This document shows, one piece after another, positions 43,780-58,802 of a stretch of 64,000 nt of DNA; within the stretch, counting starts at the first letter, position 1, and each line of letters begins with the position of its first letter. The position numbers were made by a program, and so were the translations under genes. Source of the stretch: the human T2T-CHM13v2.0 reference genome, Homo sapiens; assembly GCF_009914755.1 (NCBI RefSeq), contig NC_060932.1. The stretch is one strand, 5' to 3'. Under the pieces are notes generated by a model. It did not search any database and had not been told where the DNA came from. It saw nothing but the letters and a program-made list of their open reading frames with translations.

Positions 43780-45716
43780 CTGTGGGAGCAAAGCAAAGAT
43801 GAGAACCAGACAGCAGGGCTGCTGGTGGCACCTCTGAGAAAGGAAGCCTGTAGGCGTTCCTGGAATCCCACAGGACCATAAACAGCATTTCCAAGGACTC
43901 TGACTAACCCTTCATTAAAAACCCTTCTCTACGTTCCTGGAACTCTCAGAGTCTTGGTGAAGCAAATGCAAGTTAAGTAAAACTCAAGTCTAATTCCAGA
44001 AGCACCCTGAGAGATTACTGCATCTGGGTGGTCTCAGGGGCCCGGGTCTTACCTCTGCAGCAAGTGCAACCTATTCTCCCAGGATTGAGGAGCTACAGAG
44101 GGAAGGAATAGGAAGGAGGGCGTGGAATGGAAGAGAGTGGAAGGAGAGCAGGGCTTTGGGGCCAAGCAAACTGCCCCAAATCCCAGCTCTGCCACTCCGT
44201 GGTGCCCTGGGCATGTGAAGTCACTTCTTTGAGCCTCACTTTCCTCATCTGGAAAATGGGTCCAAGAATCATGATTGCAGTGAGGCAGAGGGCAGGGCTG
44301 ATCCCTTTCTTCTCTGTGGCCAACATTCATCTGGTCCAGGCGCCCTCAGGGCCACTAGACCAGGCCTTTCACATACATGACAAACCCTGTGCATTTATTC
44401 TGAGCCCAGCACCCTGCTGGCTGTACTGAAGTTCAGGCAGAGCTTGATCAGATGCCAGCTGGGCAGCTGCAGGGGGAAGCAGCCTTGGAGCTTATAGCTT
44501 CTTGGAGTCACTGACTGAGTGGTCCTTGTTGGAAATGGGGCTAAATTCAGGGCTCCCGCAGCACAGAGGAGGGAGGAGCTATGCCCTGAGAGGTCAGAGG
44601 AAGCTCTTCAGAGGAGGTGGCATGTGAGTTGGGTCTTGGAAAATGAGTACAAGATGACCAGAAGGAATTGCATGGAGGGGCTTCCAGGGAGAGGACGTGC
44701 TATCTGGGCTGCAGCGTGGAAGATAGATTGGAGGGGTGGGGACAAAGAGGGGACGGGGACAGCACCATGCCACATGTGGCTTTCTCAGGAAATGCAACAT
44801 GGACATGGGCCTGCTCCAGGGCAAGAACGTTAGGGCCAAATCGGTGGGACGATGGGAGAAAGGGCTCTTGAGCAGAACCTCAAGCAAGGGTCTGGGACCA
44901 GCTGGCTGGAGGTGGGTGGGGTGGGGAAATGACAGGGGCACCCATGTTTCTACCTGGGAACACCAGGGTGGGGCTGAGCCTGGGGACCTGCCTTGCAATG
45001 CCTCTGACCCTTTCTGAGATTCCCACCAGGCACCAGGCAGGGTGGGGCTGGGGCTGGGCTGAATGAGACAAGAAGGGACACGTGAGGGCCCTGCCTGAAC
45101 CCAACATCAGGGAGGAAGTGGGGGCTGTGTGGCCTGCCCTCCTGCCCCTCTTCCTGGGGTGGCAGCAAACCTCTCAGAGCATAAGTGGAAACCCGAACAC
45201 AGCCTAGCGGACAGCGAAGGACACGGGAAGGCAAATGCATGCTTCTCGAGATCACGGGTTCTCAACCTCGGTAGACAGTGGAACCCCTGGGTACCTGGCT
45301 CCCATTAATTCTGGTAAAATTGGGCCAAGGTGTGGCTTGGGTGCTGGAACTTAGACCCACAGATGATTCTAAGGAGCAAGTGGGATTGAGAACTGTGGCC
45401 TTAGACAACTCTCGCTATGAGAATCCGCTTCTGTATCCGGAATCTGCTGCGAGATCCGAGCTTCCACCACCACGGTCCTGGGCACTTACACAGAATGTGC
45501 CAGAACTATTGCTCCTGAGAACTTTCTCATAGAGCACTGTTACTCACTAAAACACCCTGGGAGACACATGTTGCAAGTCCTGTCGTAGAGACAGGGAATC
45601 CGAGCTTCCGGAAGAGGCAGGCTAGGTCTACCTGCCCTCCCCCTCCCTGGCCTCTCTTGGGAACACAGGACGGTGAGCTTCGAGGCAGCCCTGTGGGCAG
45701 GGGGAGGGTGGCATAC

Positions 45717-45836
45717 CTCATCGCAGACATGCATTGAGAAGATGACCGAGAGGATGCCGGTAGATGGGTATCGCCCGTGCCCTTGCAGCCAGTTGTCAAA
45801 GACATACTTGATGAAGGCTGGGTGGTAGATCAGGAT
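45717..45836 (-). CDS. ST3GAL1: ST3GAL1 coding exon 5 (sialylmotif S)
   Basis: Encodes ILIYHPAFIKYVFDNWLQGHGRYPSTGILSVIFSMHVCDE. Acceptor ccccgcag|ATC, donor GAG|gtatgc; 120 nt. Confidence 0.97.
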
Positions 45837-46919
45837 CTGCGGGGATGGGAAGACACGGCCCTTAGTGAGTTCTGGGGGGCAAAGGACATGGAGCGCCTGT
45901 CAGATGTACATACTGTTGTGGCCATGGAGGCACAGCCATGAGCCTAATAGATACGCCTGCACTTGTGGGCTTCCATGCTCGTAGGAAAGATGGACACTCA
46001 TCCACATCACTAAGAGACAGAGGTGCTGAGCTAATAAGTGCTATGGAGAGCAATGATGCAGAGGAGGGCCCTACAGGACCGTGTGAGGAGGATCACTGAG
46101 CTGACACACAGAAAAATCCAAGGAGGCCAGGGAGTGAGATGGGAGGCTGCTCAGGAGAAGGGGGCTCCAGGGAACAGTGTGAGGTGGGACTAGACACTGT
46201 CAGTGAGTGAAGACATATGCACCAAGCCACCTGATGATGGCTGGAATCATCGCCAATCCTTAAAATGACCTCATGTCCCAGGTTTCCCTCTCCTCATGCT
46301 GCAGATAAGAAAACTGAAGCCCAGAGAGGCTAAGTGATCTGCCCAATGTCACACAGCCAGCAGTGGCTGAGCTGGGAGGAGGCCGATATCAGGCCTGGCC
46401 TTGATTCCACCACCCAAAGCCTGCCTTGAGCACAACGAAAGGGAATTCTCAGGCAGGAGAGGGCGTGCACGTCCAGAAAGCCAAACTCCAGCCCCTAGGA
46501 ATGGACTGGAAGGGTGGATTCTGTGGGTCTCTGGTAAACCATTCACCTCTCAGTGTGGCCTCCTACCATCTCTAGGAGGCTGTCCCTTCCACCAACCCCA
46601 CCCTATAGAGACACATAAGTGGCTTCTTCCCTGAGGCAGCACAACCCAATGCAAAGGGCAAGATGCTGGAGGCACAGGGAGTCTTCAATTCTAGCCTTAT
46701 CCAGAACTAGCTGTGTGTCTCTGGGCAAGTTTCCTGACCTCTCCGAGCCTATCTAAGTTTGACAGAGTATGCAAAAGGCCAGTGTGGTGGGTACCTCACT
46801 TCCCTCCTTCTTCTGCCCTTTGCCCATCTCTTGGCCAGCCCCATGCCAGGGGCCTGCTGGGGAAGATGGAGACATGGAAAGAGATGGAGAAGCAGGAGGT
46901 GCAGCCTGGCTTTGAGAGT

Positions 46920-47087
46920 AATTCACAAACCGCAGCAAGCACAGGGGTCCCCGGAGAATGTGTTAAAACCAGAATGCGGGGCAGCCAGGGTTTCTGATTC
47001 AGTAGGTTCGAGATGGGCCTGAGGATGTCCATCTGTGACAAACTCCCGGGTGATGCTGCTGGCCCGGGGGACCCCACTTTGAGAATC
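46920..47087. mobile_element. MER5A-like hAT-Charlie; related copies near 45255-45400 and 52545-52705
   Basis: tttctgattcagtaggttcgagatgggcctgagg...ggtgatgctgctggcccggggaccccactttgagaa. Confidence 0.7.
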
Positions 47088-47255
47088 TCTCCCAGTGTTT
47101 GACCTCTTCCCCCAGGGGGATAGCTAAGTGGGAGATGCTACCTCCAGCGGCCTGGGGATCTGGGGGCTGTCTTGCAACTCAATGCCGTACCTTAGAGCAG
47201 AGCCTTAGATGAGGAAGCCTGAACTTAGAACAGAGGGGCCGGGGCCTCCACTCAC

Positions 47256-47301
47256 CTTATCCTGTTTCACTCTGATCTTTGCAGGAACCGGGATGTAGGT
47301 G
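47256..47301 (-). CDS. ST3GAL1: ST3GAL1 coding exon 4 (46-nt mini-exon)
   Basis: Encodes (H)TYIPVPAKIRVKQDK. Acceptor ttctctttctccaactgcag|C, donor AAG|gtgagt; restores phase 0. Confidence 0.95.
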
Positions 47302-48619
47302 CTGCAGTTGGAGAAAGAGAAGCTGGTTAATGGGGCAGGGGACAGGCCCAGGAACCTGGGCATGCAGCTCTGGGGGTAGTGGCTAGATAATGAAGCAGGC
47401 ATAGCCTCTCCTGCCCCCCATAGCTTCCCTCAGGGACCCCCACCTCCCTACCCCAGCCGGGTTTCTGCCCACAGCAAGCCCCAATAGACACCAGAGGACG
47501 GCCTTTCCTAATTTGAGGACATTCTGCTGGGTTTTGGCCCCATTCCCCAAAAAGGTGAGGAGGACTTGCTCCAAGCACAGCCTTAAGGAGTGGAGTGGGG
47601 CCGTGGTGCCTCCACCTCTCAGGGCCAGAGCACCTTTGCCCAGCTGCTGGGGCACTGGCTGGTGAGGCCCGCGGCTGCCCCTTTCTCACCTGGGCGGTTG
47701 CATGCACCCTGAGTGCAAAGGTGCCAAAGCTGGTCCCACGGGTGTGATTCCTGCTCCCAGAGAGACTGCAGCTGAGCCACTTCTGGACCTGGGTCCCACC
47801 CCACCCCACCCCGCCCCGGTCTGCCTCCCTCACTCCCGGTCTCCTGAGGGCACAGCTCCACAGTCTCCTGCACCCACATCCGGGGGCTAGCTCTGTTCCT
47901 AGAAAACCTGGCAGAAGACAGACAGCTTGTGGAAACCTGGACATCAAAACACTTCCCTTCAGTAAGGGTCAGATGACAGCACAGGCTCTGTGTCGAGTTC
48001 AACCCTAGGCAAGGTGCTTGGCCGAGCTCCAGAGTCCTCACTGGGAGGAGCTAATGATAATGGCTATTGTGAGGATTCATTGAGATAATATGTGCCGAGT
48101 GCCACGTGCGGTGTCTGCTCAGGAAACTAAGCTCCTGATTGTCAGGGAAGCCACAGCCGCGTTGCTCAGCACTGCTTGCCCTGGGGAGGGGCCCAGGCTG
48201 CACCTGCACTCCCCACTCCTCATTTCTTAGGAACCCTCACCCTGCCACGCTCACATAAGTTTGAAAAATAAGGTGTTGTTATTTGTCAGGCTGCACTTCA
48301 GAAATAAAGGGAGGCTGAACTCACATGGGCTGACCCTTTCTAGTGGCGGCCCCTTCCCATAGAGTCTCCAGGGCGCGTGGAGGTCCCTTCAGGAATTGTT
48401 AGCAAGAGGACACTAAAGCTTGTGGTTTGTTAAGTGATAGGGAGAGAAGAGTTGGAGTAGTCGGGGAGGCGGCCACGGGAACTGGGCTTGTGTGTGCCGG
48501 AGGAGGCTGGGGGAGGGGAGGCACCCCGGTGGAGGCACAGCAGGACCACGGCAGGGTGGGGGGACAGGGTGCCACTGCAAGGGGCAGAGCAGCGAGGCGG
48601 GGCCACAGGAGGGACTCAC

Positions 48620-48799
48620 TGGGAAATGGTGCCCGTGGTGATGGCGCTCACCACCCACTCCAAGTCGATGGTCTTGAAGGGCACCAGGATCATGCTGACA
48701 TTATCTCCCAGCTCCCGGAAGCTCTCAGGGTACACCAGATGGTGGGTGGTCTTGGTCCCAACATCAGCTTCAAACCCTGCCGTGGGCGCCTTGTTCATC
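48620..48799 (-). CDS. ST3GAL1: ST3GAL1 coding exon 3 (second half of sialylmotif L)
   Basis: Encodes (R)MNKAPTAGFEADVGTKTTHHLVYPESFRELGDNVSMILVPFKTIDLEWVVSAITTGTIS. Acceptor tctcccag|G, donor CCA|gtgagt; 180 nt, phase consistent with neighbours. Confidence 0.97.
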
Positions 48800-49735
48800 C
48801 TGGGAGAGAAGGGGAGAAAGCTGAGTCTTGTAGCACGGGCACCCGTTCTCAGACAGCCTGAGAGCTCCGAGAGAGTGAGCCTCCAGTGTGACTTCAGGGG
48901 TGTCACCTGCCTTCCCCGGGCCTCCTTCTCCTCATCTGTAAAATAGAGACAATGAAGACATAGCTGGAAGGCTTCTGCTATTTTTCTCTCTTTCATGACC
49001 TCAAGGGAGTCTAGCCATCACCACCACTGCCCGCCTGTCACAGACAATCTCATCCAAAGGATATTTCCACAGCCCTTTTTTTGCAGTCAAGGAAACCTGA
49101 CTCTGATCCTTACCATGGATGTACCCATGGGACACCTGGTACACTGAGGCTCTGAGAGGCAGGTAAGTGGTCTAAGGACTAAAGTCAGGAATCACAGACA
49201 GGAGAGACTATTCTAGAAGGCTGCTGGGGATGGCCAGCCCCCACCCCTGCACTTCTCAGCGTGGAACACTTGTGAGTGGTATAGTGGGAATGGCAGGAGA
49301 CCCAGGACAGACTTGGGGCATCTTCCTGAAATGTCTGTTTCACTTGGCGACAGGGGAAAATATATTTTACATAAAATATGTGGTTTTATTATGGCCTAGA
49401 TTACAAAATGGGGATGAATTTTAAAGATAAGAGTCCTCACATTAATTTTGCCCTCTCCCCAGGCCTCCATGTGCCAAGCTCCCAACAACGGGGGACCTCC
49501 CGTGTATGGCTTCCTCTCTGCACGCAGAGGCCCTTCTAGTCCATTCCAATCCTGCAATGATGCAGAGATGGGGAAGCTGAGGCCCAGGGGGTGCAGTGTG
49601 GAGCCTGGGGTCCCTGGGTAAGTTCAGTCCCAGGACTGAACCTTGCCTTCCTGAGCCTGAGCCAAGATGCTTCCTACAGCTCCAAGGGGCCCCTGGGTGC
49701 AGCACGGTAGGCTTGGGAGAGGGTCTGGCACTCAC

Positions 49736-49932
49736 CTGAGGACAAAGTCGTGACTGTCTATCTCAGGCCCATAAGAAGACTCCCTCAGGTTGCCCGAGTT
49801 GCCCACAACGGCGCAGCGCCGGCAGCCCACCGACCTCTTCTCCAGCATAGGGTCCACATTCCCAGGCACCACTCTGAACAGCTCCTTGATGGTGTCATTC
49901 AAGTTATTGGGCTTCTTCTCCCGCTGGAGCCT
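49736..49932 (-). CDS. ST3GAL1: ST3GAL1 coding exon 2 (first half of sialylmotif L)
   Basis: Encodes [65 protein letters not shown]. Acceptor cccacag|AGG, donor CAG|gtgagt; 197 nt. Confidence 0.97.
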
Positions 49933-50658
49933 CTGTGGGCGGAGGACAGAAGGTGGTCAACCTGGCTTTGTGGCTCCAGCCTCCTGGCAGCAGAGCCCCT
50001 GAGCTACCTGCTGTCGTTTACTGGGGCCCTCCTGTTCACCCTTCTCTCTGCTGGGCCCCCGGAGATGGAGGCGGCTCACACACAGACACCTCCACTTCCT
50101 CCTTCAAGGAGACTAAGGGTTACTCAGGAAGTAAAGAGAGCATTCATGTATTCTGCAAGTGTTTACTGAGCACCTACCATGTGCCAGGCACTGCTGAAGC
50201 CGCTTGGGTGATCCAGCCACACCTGGACTCACAGGCCCCTCCCACTCCACATGTGATCAGCGTTTCTCCAACCTGCTCCTCCCTGGGGGCTCCTGTCTCT
50301 CTGAAAGGCCCTCCATCCCCCTACGTGTCACCACTTGAAAGAGAGAAAAATAGCAGAAGCCTTCTAGCTGTGTCTTACTCCCACCCTGCTCAGACACCAG
50401 GGCCCAGGGGTTGCGTGCTCCCGCTCAAGCCTTAACAAGAAGAGCGAGGAGTAGGTGGAAATGCCAGTTCTCCAGCCCCGGCCAGGGATGGGGGACAGAG
50501 CAGTAGGGACATCTGCCATCTTTCCTGCCTGACCCTCAGTTCCCCCGGCCCCAGCACTGCTGGGCTCCAGCCAGATTGAAGAATCAGCAGTTTGCTGGAT
50601 GCACAAGGCTTCTGCGATCTGCCTAGCAAATTGTTTTCATCTTTTAAGACCTAGCCTG

Positions 50659-50996
<338 letters not shown>

Positions 50997-51002
50997 TTAT
51001 TC

Positions 51003-51096
51003 CAGGGTGACTAAATATTACTTATTTGCCCAGGTTAAGGGGTTTCCCTAGATGCAGGACTCTCAGTGCTAAAACCAGGATGAGTTGGTATCCCTA
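51003..51096. mobile_element. MER81-like hAT-Blackjack MITE
   Basis: agggtgact...aggggtttccctagatgcaggactctcagtgctaaaaccaggatgagttggtatcccta. Confidence 0.6.
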
Positions 51097-51761
51097 TTGG
51101 CCCCCGGTGGTTTCACTATTGGCCCCCGCTGCATGCCCAGGCCCGCCCGTCACCTCAGGTGGAGCTCTGGCCACACTATGTAGTGATGCCTGTTGGTGCC
51201 TCAGCCTTCCTCACTCGTGGTAAACCCTGGAGAGATTTCATAAAAGTGTTGCATCTGACCTTGTCCCCATGCCACAGTGCTGTGTCATTTCACTGTGGGT
51301 GAGGTAGGATGCTCTGAGGCCAGAGAGGTAAGCAACTCATCCCAAATACAAACCAGGATTTGAACCCAGGCTTCTAGAAACCCACCAGCAGGTTTCTCCC
51401 ACCACACAACCCTAACTCTGGCTCTTGGAATCTTGGCCTTTGGAAAGCCCAGACCCTGGATTTTGGGGTAGGGGTGATAAGCTGTGGGGTGATTCCCATC
51501 GGCTACTCCGGGCCCCAGGGGCAAGGGGTGGCTGGGAGAGGAAGGAGTGGCCAGCAGTGGCTTTGGCCACTGTCCAGAAGATGAGTGACCTGGGCATATG
51601 TAGGGAGATCCCGGGGCACCCAGTCCCCACTGCAATGGAAGGAATCGGATGCCCCAAGGGGAGGCACACAAGCAGAACCAGATTGCTCTTCCAGTTAAAC
51701 CCAGGCAGCCTCTCCTCTGGCTTAAGACCGTTAGACACGTCATGGGAAGCAACATGATCTG

Positions 51762-52495
51762 GACCACACTTCACACCCACTGCTACAGTTATCATAAGTA
51801 AAAGGGCAAAACAACAGGTATCGGTGAGGATGTGGAGAAAATGGAACTCGTGCATTGCTGGTGGGGATGTAAAACCGTGCAGCCGAGGTAAAAACTGGGT
51901 GGTTTTTCAAAAGGTTAAACAGAACAGCCATGTGGCCTACCAGCTCCACTCCTACGTATATACCCCCAGAAATTGAAAGCAGGGTCTCAAGCAGATATTG
52001 GTATACCCATGTTCAAAGCAGCATTATTCATAATAGATAAAAGGTGGGAGCAACCCAGTCTCCAGCGATGGATGAATAAACAAACATAGTACGTTCCAGA
52101 CATATGATGGGATATTATTTAGCTATAAAAAGAAAATTTTGAAATAGGTTACAACATGGATGGACCTTGAAAATACTAATATTATGATTAATGAAAGAAG
52201 CCAGACATAGAAGGAAAAATATTATATGATTCCACTTATGTGAGGTACCTAGAGTAGTCAAATTCATAGAGACAGAGAGTGGCAGCGTGGCTGTCAGGGG
52301 CTGGGAGGAGGAGGAGGTAAGGGGAAGTTACTGTTTAATGGGGACAGAGTTTTTGCTTGGGATGACAAAAATCTGCTAGTTATGGTTATAGATAATGGTG
52401 ATTGTTACACACACTGTGAATATATTTAATGCTACTGAATCGTACACACACAAGTGGTGAAAATGATAAATATTATGAATATGTTGTCACACACA
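51762..52495 (+). mobile_element. L1MB-type LINE-1 3' end
   Basis: ggtgaggatgtggagaaaatggaactcgtgcattgctggtggg...gtacctagagtagtcaaattcatagagacagag. Confidence 0.88.
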
Positions 52496-53046
52496 CAGAT
52501 GTGATATCCAGATAAAATGCCTGATTCTGATGGGATCATCCAGGGTGGCTCCATGATCCTGAATGTGCGGAAAACCCCCTGGAGGCTTGCTAAGGCACAG
52601 ATCTTACTCAGTAGGTTTAAAGCTGGCCCCGAAATCCTGCATTTCTAACAGACTCCTGGGTGATGCTGCTGCCAGGGCTGGTGGGGGGACTACACTCTGA
52701 GAGCCCCAGGGTAGAGGACCACAGCCAGACTCCCCTGAACCTCCATGGAGGTCTCCAACTAGCAAGGGCTGCTGTGCCCCTTAGGCTTGTAAAGATGTGC
52801 CCAGGCCCAGGGGGTGGCCTTCCATCACACCGCTACTTTGATTTGGGAGCCTGGCACCGTGTATCCATCATGCAGTGACATTTACTGAGTGTCTACTGGG
52901 TGCCACAGAGGCCTGAGAAGCCAGGACTCAAGCTCGGCCATGGACGTGTGTGGAGAGTATGCTGCCTGCTTCACACAGCACCACATCATCCTGCTGGACT
53001 CTGACTGACTTACTTTTCTTTAATGACTTATTTAAGAAAAATAAAT

Positions 53047-53412
<366 letters not shown>

Positions 53413-53978
53413 TAGAAAGCAAGAATTACCTGGCAGAAGTAAAATGGTAGTTGTACAATGCAATGAAAACAAAACTACTGTATTCGGTTGCAGCTCTACC
53501 CTGCTGCCTGCCCAGGCAAACTCTCCTCTCCCTTAGAACAAGGCTGACAAGCGCTGACAAGGTGCAAAGTAAGACACCAGGCCAAACTGAAGCCCCAGCA
53601 CTGCAGAGACAGGTGGGAAGGAGGGACGGCAGAAATGACCTCCGGGCTCTGTGATGCGACTTTCTCTAGTGCCCTGCCTCACCTAACATCACAAGCCCCA
53701 CGCTTCAGAAATCTCAGACCCATTCCAATCTTTCATTGGCAAAAGGGGAAATGGAGGCCCAGACCCTGGAAAGGGCTCACTTGAGGTCCCAGAGTGAGTG
53801 CAGGGCCAGGTAGAGCTCAGATGGGAAACTGGCTCTTTCTCTAGATTATCATAGTAAGTCCTCCCCACACCAGCTGAGATGGAGCAGGCAGGTTACTCCA
53901 TGTGGCGTCACTGTTTTGGGAAAGAAATATTCTGGTTTTCTCTGCCTTTTGTCAGTGGCAATAAAAGAACAACAGTGC

Positions 53979-54379
<401 letters not shown>

Positions 54380-55997
54380 TCAATCTGCATACAATCAGCG
54401 CTCAATCAATGCCTGCCGCCTGGTGGCCTGAGCTCCTTGGGAAGCACGGGGCCTCGGGTCAGCTTCCCTGGAAGCAGAGGCTGGGGCACGGATGCAGGTG
54501 TCCATGGTGGGTGCTGTCTGGAGAGGGATGAGAAGCAAGGCAGGAGAAGGAAGGGGAGGTCTCCATGGAGTCAAGCACTGCAGGCTGGGGGCGAGGCGAG
54601 TGAGGAGTCGGGCAAGTGGGATAAGGAGGCCCACTCATGCCCAGGGGCACGGCCCGAGAGCGGACATCTCCTTGAAGCTGGAGCCCTGGGTGCCTCACCT
54701 CACCCTGCACTCGGGCATGATCCACAGGAACTCTGGAGCCTGTGCTATGGCAGAGTTTGTCCTGTCTTGAGGCACGATGGCTGGAAGTCCTCCCTATCCA
54801 CAGGCCACACCCGTCCCGAGAGTGTTGGGAAGAGGTACCCGCGCTCCCTTCCCATCCTCCTTCCTCCTTCCACGGCCAATGAATGATGCATCGCCTTCTG
54901 AGAAGCCTCCCTTGGACCCTGGAAATATCAGTCTCTGGCCTTCCACACATGGGTGGCACCACTGGGGCCTCACCGCAGGCCTCATTCCAATCCCCAGCTG
55001 CTGTTGGTTTCCCTGGCCCCTTTGGCATCCAAGCAGCAGACACAAGCATGCTAGGTAGTACAGGCTCAAGATATGTCCATTGAATAAGTGAATGACAACT
55101 GCTAAAGCTAACACACATTCATTCATTCAACTCATCACAACTGAGCCCCTATCACATCCCCGGTGCCGTGTGGGGTGGACAGGTGGGGTGGACAGGTTAG
55201 CGCCGGGACAGGCGGTGCTTAGAAATGGCTCGTGCAGGACTCAGATGGCTCACCCTGAGCAGAAGCGCATGTTCTATGGTTGCCCTATGCAGGACCCTGT
55301 GCTGATAACCTGATAGGCAGCTTCTCACTGAGTTTCTATAATGGTTCTATGAGAAAGGTGATCTTATAGACCTATTTTACAGGTGAGGAAACTGAGGCTT
55401 ACAGAGGTGAAGTGAGTTTCCCAGGACCAAAACAGTTTGAATATCCTGGGCCTGACTCCAGACCATGTCCTTTAACTACAAGGGGATCTGACTGTGCCCT
55501 TTGACAGTGGGTGACCTGGTAAGTGCAAAGTGAGGACAATGAGATACCTACACCCTCCTGGTGGTGGGGGTGGTAAGGGCGAAGCAGTGGTACCTGGAAA
55601 GCTGGGCCCAGGACCTGGCCAGAGTTGGTGCTAGGCGCCGGGTGGACAGTATGATGGTATTATTTTGCATTTGGGCACTGGGCATGGATGTCTGGGATGG
55701 GAAGATGCCTTAGGAGGGCAGGGGGCGGAAATCAGGGGAGGGTCGCACTCTTTCTGTCCCTTGAGAATGTCCCCTGCGTATCACAAAACGGTTTCCCAAG
55801 TTGGGGGCAAGTAGAGAAGGCAGAGTCAGCATTCGACATGGCTTGTCTCTGAATTGGACATGGGGACTGGGGAAGAAGGAATCCCTGTTCCTGGGTGTCT
55901 GGGACAGAGACCCGAGGAGAGGGTCACAGGGGTCAGTAGGTCCAGCCTGGGATGGTGGTGCAGTCTCTTCACTTGCAGGGCACGGGGCTGATTTGTA

Positions 55998-56041
55998 AAC
56001 TCAACTCAACTCAATTTAACTCAACTCAACTCAACTCAACT
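55998..56041. repeat. (CAACT)n pentanucleotide microsatellite
   Basis: About 9 units with one interruption. Confidence 0.9.
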
Positions 56042-56199
56042 AAAAGAGTGAGCCCTGGTGACTGCTCCTGTGTCCCTGTTCCTGCCAGGGCTGGGACGAG
56101 CTGGAATTGTGATGCCCACTTGACTGAGGAGGACTATGAAGCTCAGGGCAGGATGGGAGCTCGGGACCTCACATTCTCACCTAAGATTCTTCCAACCCC

Positions 56200-56323
56200 C
56201 TCAACAGTATGGGGGAAATCGCCCCCATGATTAATTATCTCCCACCAGGTCCCTCCCACAACACGTGGGAATTGTGGGAGCTACAATTCAAGATGAGATT
56301 TGGGTGAAAGCCAAACCATATCA
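56200..56323 (-). mobile_element. THE1 LTR 5' fragment
   Basis: ggtccctcccacaacacgtgggaattgtgggagctacaattcaagatgagatttgggtg...aaccatatca. Confidence 0.85.
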
Positions 56324-57484
56324 TGACCCAAGTCCAGTTCCATTCATGAAATGGTCCTGCCTGCAGGGGGGCCTTTAAGCAGAGCAATGGCGCAGCCTGG
56401 AGTTCTCAGGATGGCTTTGTTGTCAGATATTCCATGCCTGTATCCCGATTCTTTATTCAAAGCGTGTGGTTTCCGTATTATCTGTGCATTTTTTAGAACC
56501 CCAAAGCTCTAAAGCCCTGCTCCTTTCTGTTGATTTCCAGAGGGTGAAGCCCCATTCCTTCCAAGTGGCTGCCCTGGGATCAGCCACCAGAGGCTAAACT
56601 TCAGAAAAAGACTGCAGAGAAGGGCTGCAGGTAGGGGAAGACATCTGGTAAATGGGAAACAACTAAGTGGAAATATATTCAGCCTTAATTAGTACTGAAA
56701 AAAAAAAAAAACCCACCTAAGTTCAGTATTACTTGCCCATTAAACCAACAAAAATAAATACAATTGTTAAAACTAATGTTTGCAGGGTTGTAGAGAACCT
56801 GGTGAAGTAACATTTCTCCCATGTAACACGAAGGAAGCTGAGACTCAGTGAGATGAAGAGCTTCTTCAAAGTCACTCCTGATGGGACCTACAAACTCTGC
56901 GACAAAACCTAGGAACGCTGATGCCAGGCCCAGTTCCTAAGTCTACATTATAGCCTGTGTTCTTTGAAGACACATGGCTTATATCCAGAAGCTGATGTTT
57001 TTCCCTTACGCCTTTTTAACCCTCCTGGGCGACACCAGCCTAAGAGTTTTAGAAACCGCCCTCCCCAAGAAGAAAGATCGATACTGTCTTGGTGATACTC
57101 TCTAATAACAGTTTTTAATACGGTATTTCCAGAGGTTGGATTTGATGTTCTCTTTTGCAAAAGTCACCTAACTTTTCTGAGTTTCAGTTTCCTTGTCTGT
57201 AAAATGAGGACAAAGGCCCCCAAGTTTCTCCTTTACCTGCTGTTGTGTAAGGTCCCTTCCTGTTTGGTTTATATAAACAGGCTGTGTAGTACCCTGTTTG
57301 TCCCCAAAAGGCCTTTGTAAACAGAATCCCATGGTGACACTGAACATCACAGACTCCAGGCTCTGAAGAGGAAGTTTGGACTTAACGTGGTCCCAGCAAC
57401 TGCTGCTACAGGGGGAATCAGATCCAGAGAGGAGATGGGATGTGTGTGAAGCCACCTCTGCCATCAATGTGTCATTTTCCCAAC

Positions 57485-57733
57485 CCTGCTGGTTCTCAAG
57501 GGAGGGCAACTTTGTGCATGCATGTGCACCCACACACACGCACACCCCACCTGGGACACCTGACAATGTCTGGAGATCTTCTGGCTATCGCAACTGGGGA
57601 TGGGGCACTCCTAGCATTCAGTAGGTAGAGACCAGTGATGCTGCTAAACATCCTGCAATGCACGGGGCAGCCCTTGTGACTAAGGCTGATCCTGCCCCAC
57701 AAGTCCATAGTGCTGAGGCTGAGAGCAGACCCT
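57485..57733 (+). mobile_element. MER20 hAT-Charlie
   Basis: caatgtctggaga...ggtagagaccagtgatgctgctaaacatcctgcaatgcacggggcagccc...atagtgctgaggctgaga. Confidence 0.85.
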
Positions 57734-58802
57734 AATCCTTACCATGCCTGGCTCACCACCTCCTTCCCTAGACCCTTGGATCTTTGAAAGGGAAAAGACC
57801 CTACCTGCCCGGTTCTCTGTTACCTCCCCAGAGCCCACCCCAGGACCTGCACACAGTGGTGCTCAACACAGATTAGCAAACCAGGACTCAGCCAGGTCTT
57901 TGGAAGCATAGCCCAGGGCTTTTGACCTTTCTAAGTCTCACACATGTTTTCTGTTCATTTCAAATAGACCTTCCCCAGAATCTACCTGGATAACCTCTCT
58001 GAATCCTTCATGATGAACCTGGCCATCACTCCTGTAGGAAGCCTTCTGCGATAACCCCAGGCTCCAAGGGGAGTTGGACATGAAGACCATCGCTCCTGTG
58101 CCCACTTCCTGCACAGCACCTATGGTCCTGGCTTGAGTTTGTCTGTTTTCCCTTCTCTCCCCATCACTCCTGCAACCCAAGAAAGGAAAGACTCTATCTT
58201 TTCCATCTCAATGTAGTGATGCTTGGCATATAGTAGGTGCTCAATAAATAAGACAGGAACACATATATCTTGCTCTTCTTCGATCTATTTTGCATTTAAC
58301 ATGGGAATGACCTTTCAAATGACAAGATCAGATCATGAAACCCCCTGACAAAAATTCTACAGTGATTTCCTGTTGCACTTACAAGAAATCCCAGAGTCCT
58401 CCCCTGGGTCTTGCTGACTCTCAGGCCTCGTCTCACTGCACCTCCCCTGATTTACAGCCCCCCAGCCATGCAGAGCTCCTCTACTCCCCATTACATCCAG
58501 CAGAGGCCACCCTCGGGCTCTTGCACCCGCTGTCCCAGACACCTGCAGTGCATGGTCCTGCTCTTCTCATGGCTGCTGCCTTCTCTGCCTGTGGGTCTCA
58601 ACTTGAGTCCTGCTGTCTCAGAGACCTCCCTGGTGACCCCATTTACAGAAGCCCCCTCTAAGTTTCTATGACAAACCTCATTGGATCTGTCTTCAAAGCA
58701 CTTCTGTGTGAGCCTACCTTGTTTATTTCTTATCTTCCCCTCCCAGCCAGAATAAAATTCCATGAGAATAAGGATCTCTCTCTCTTTTTGCATTTCAATA
58801 GC

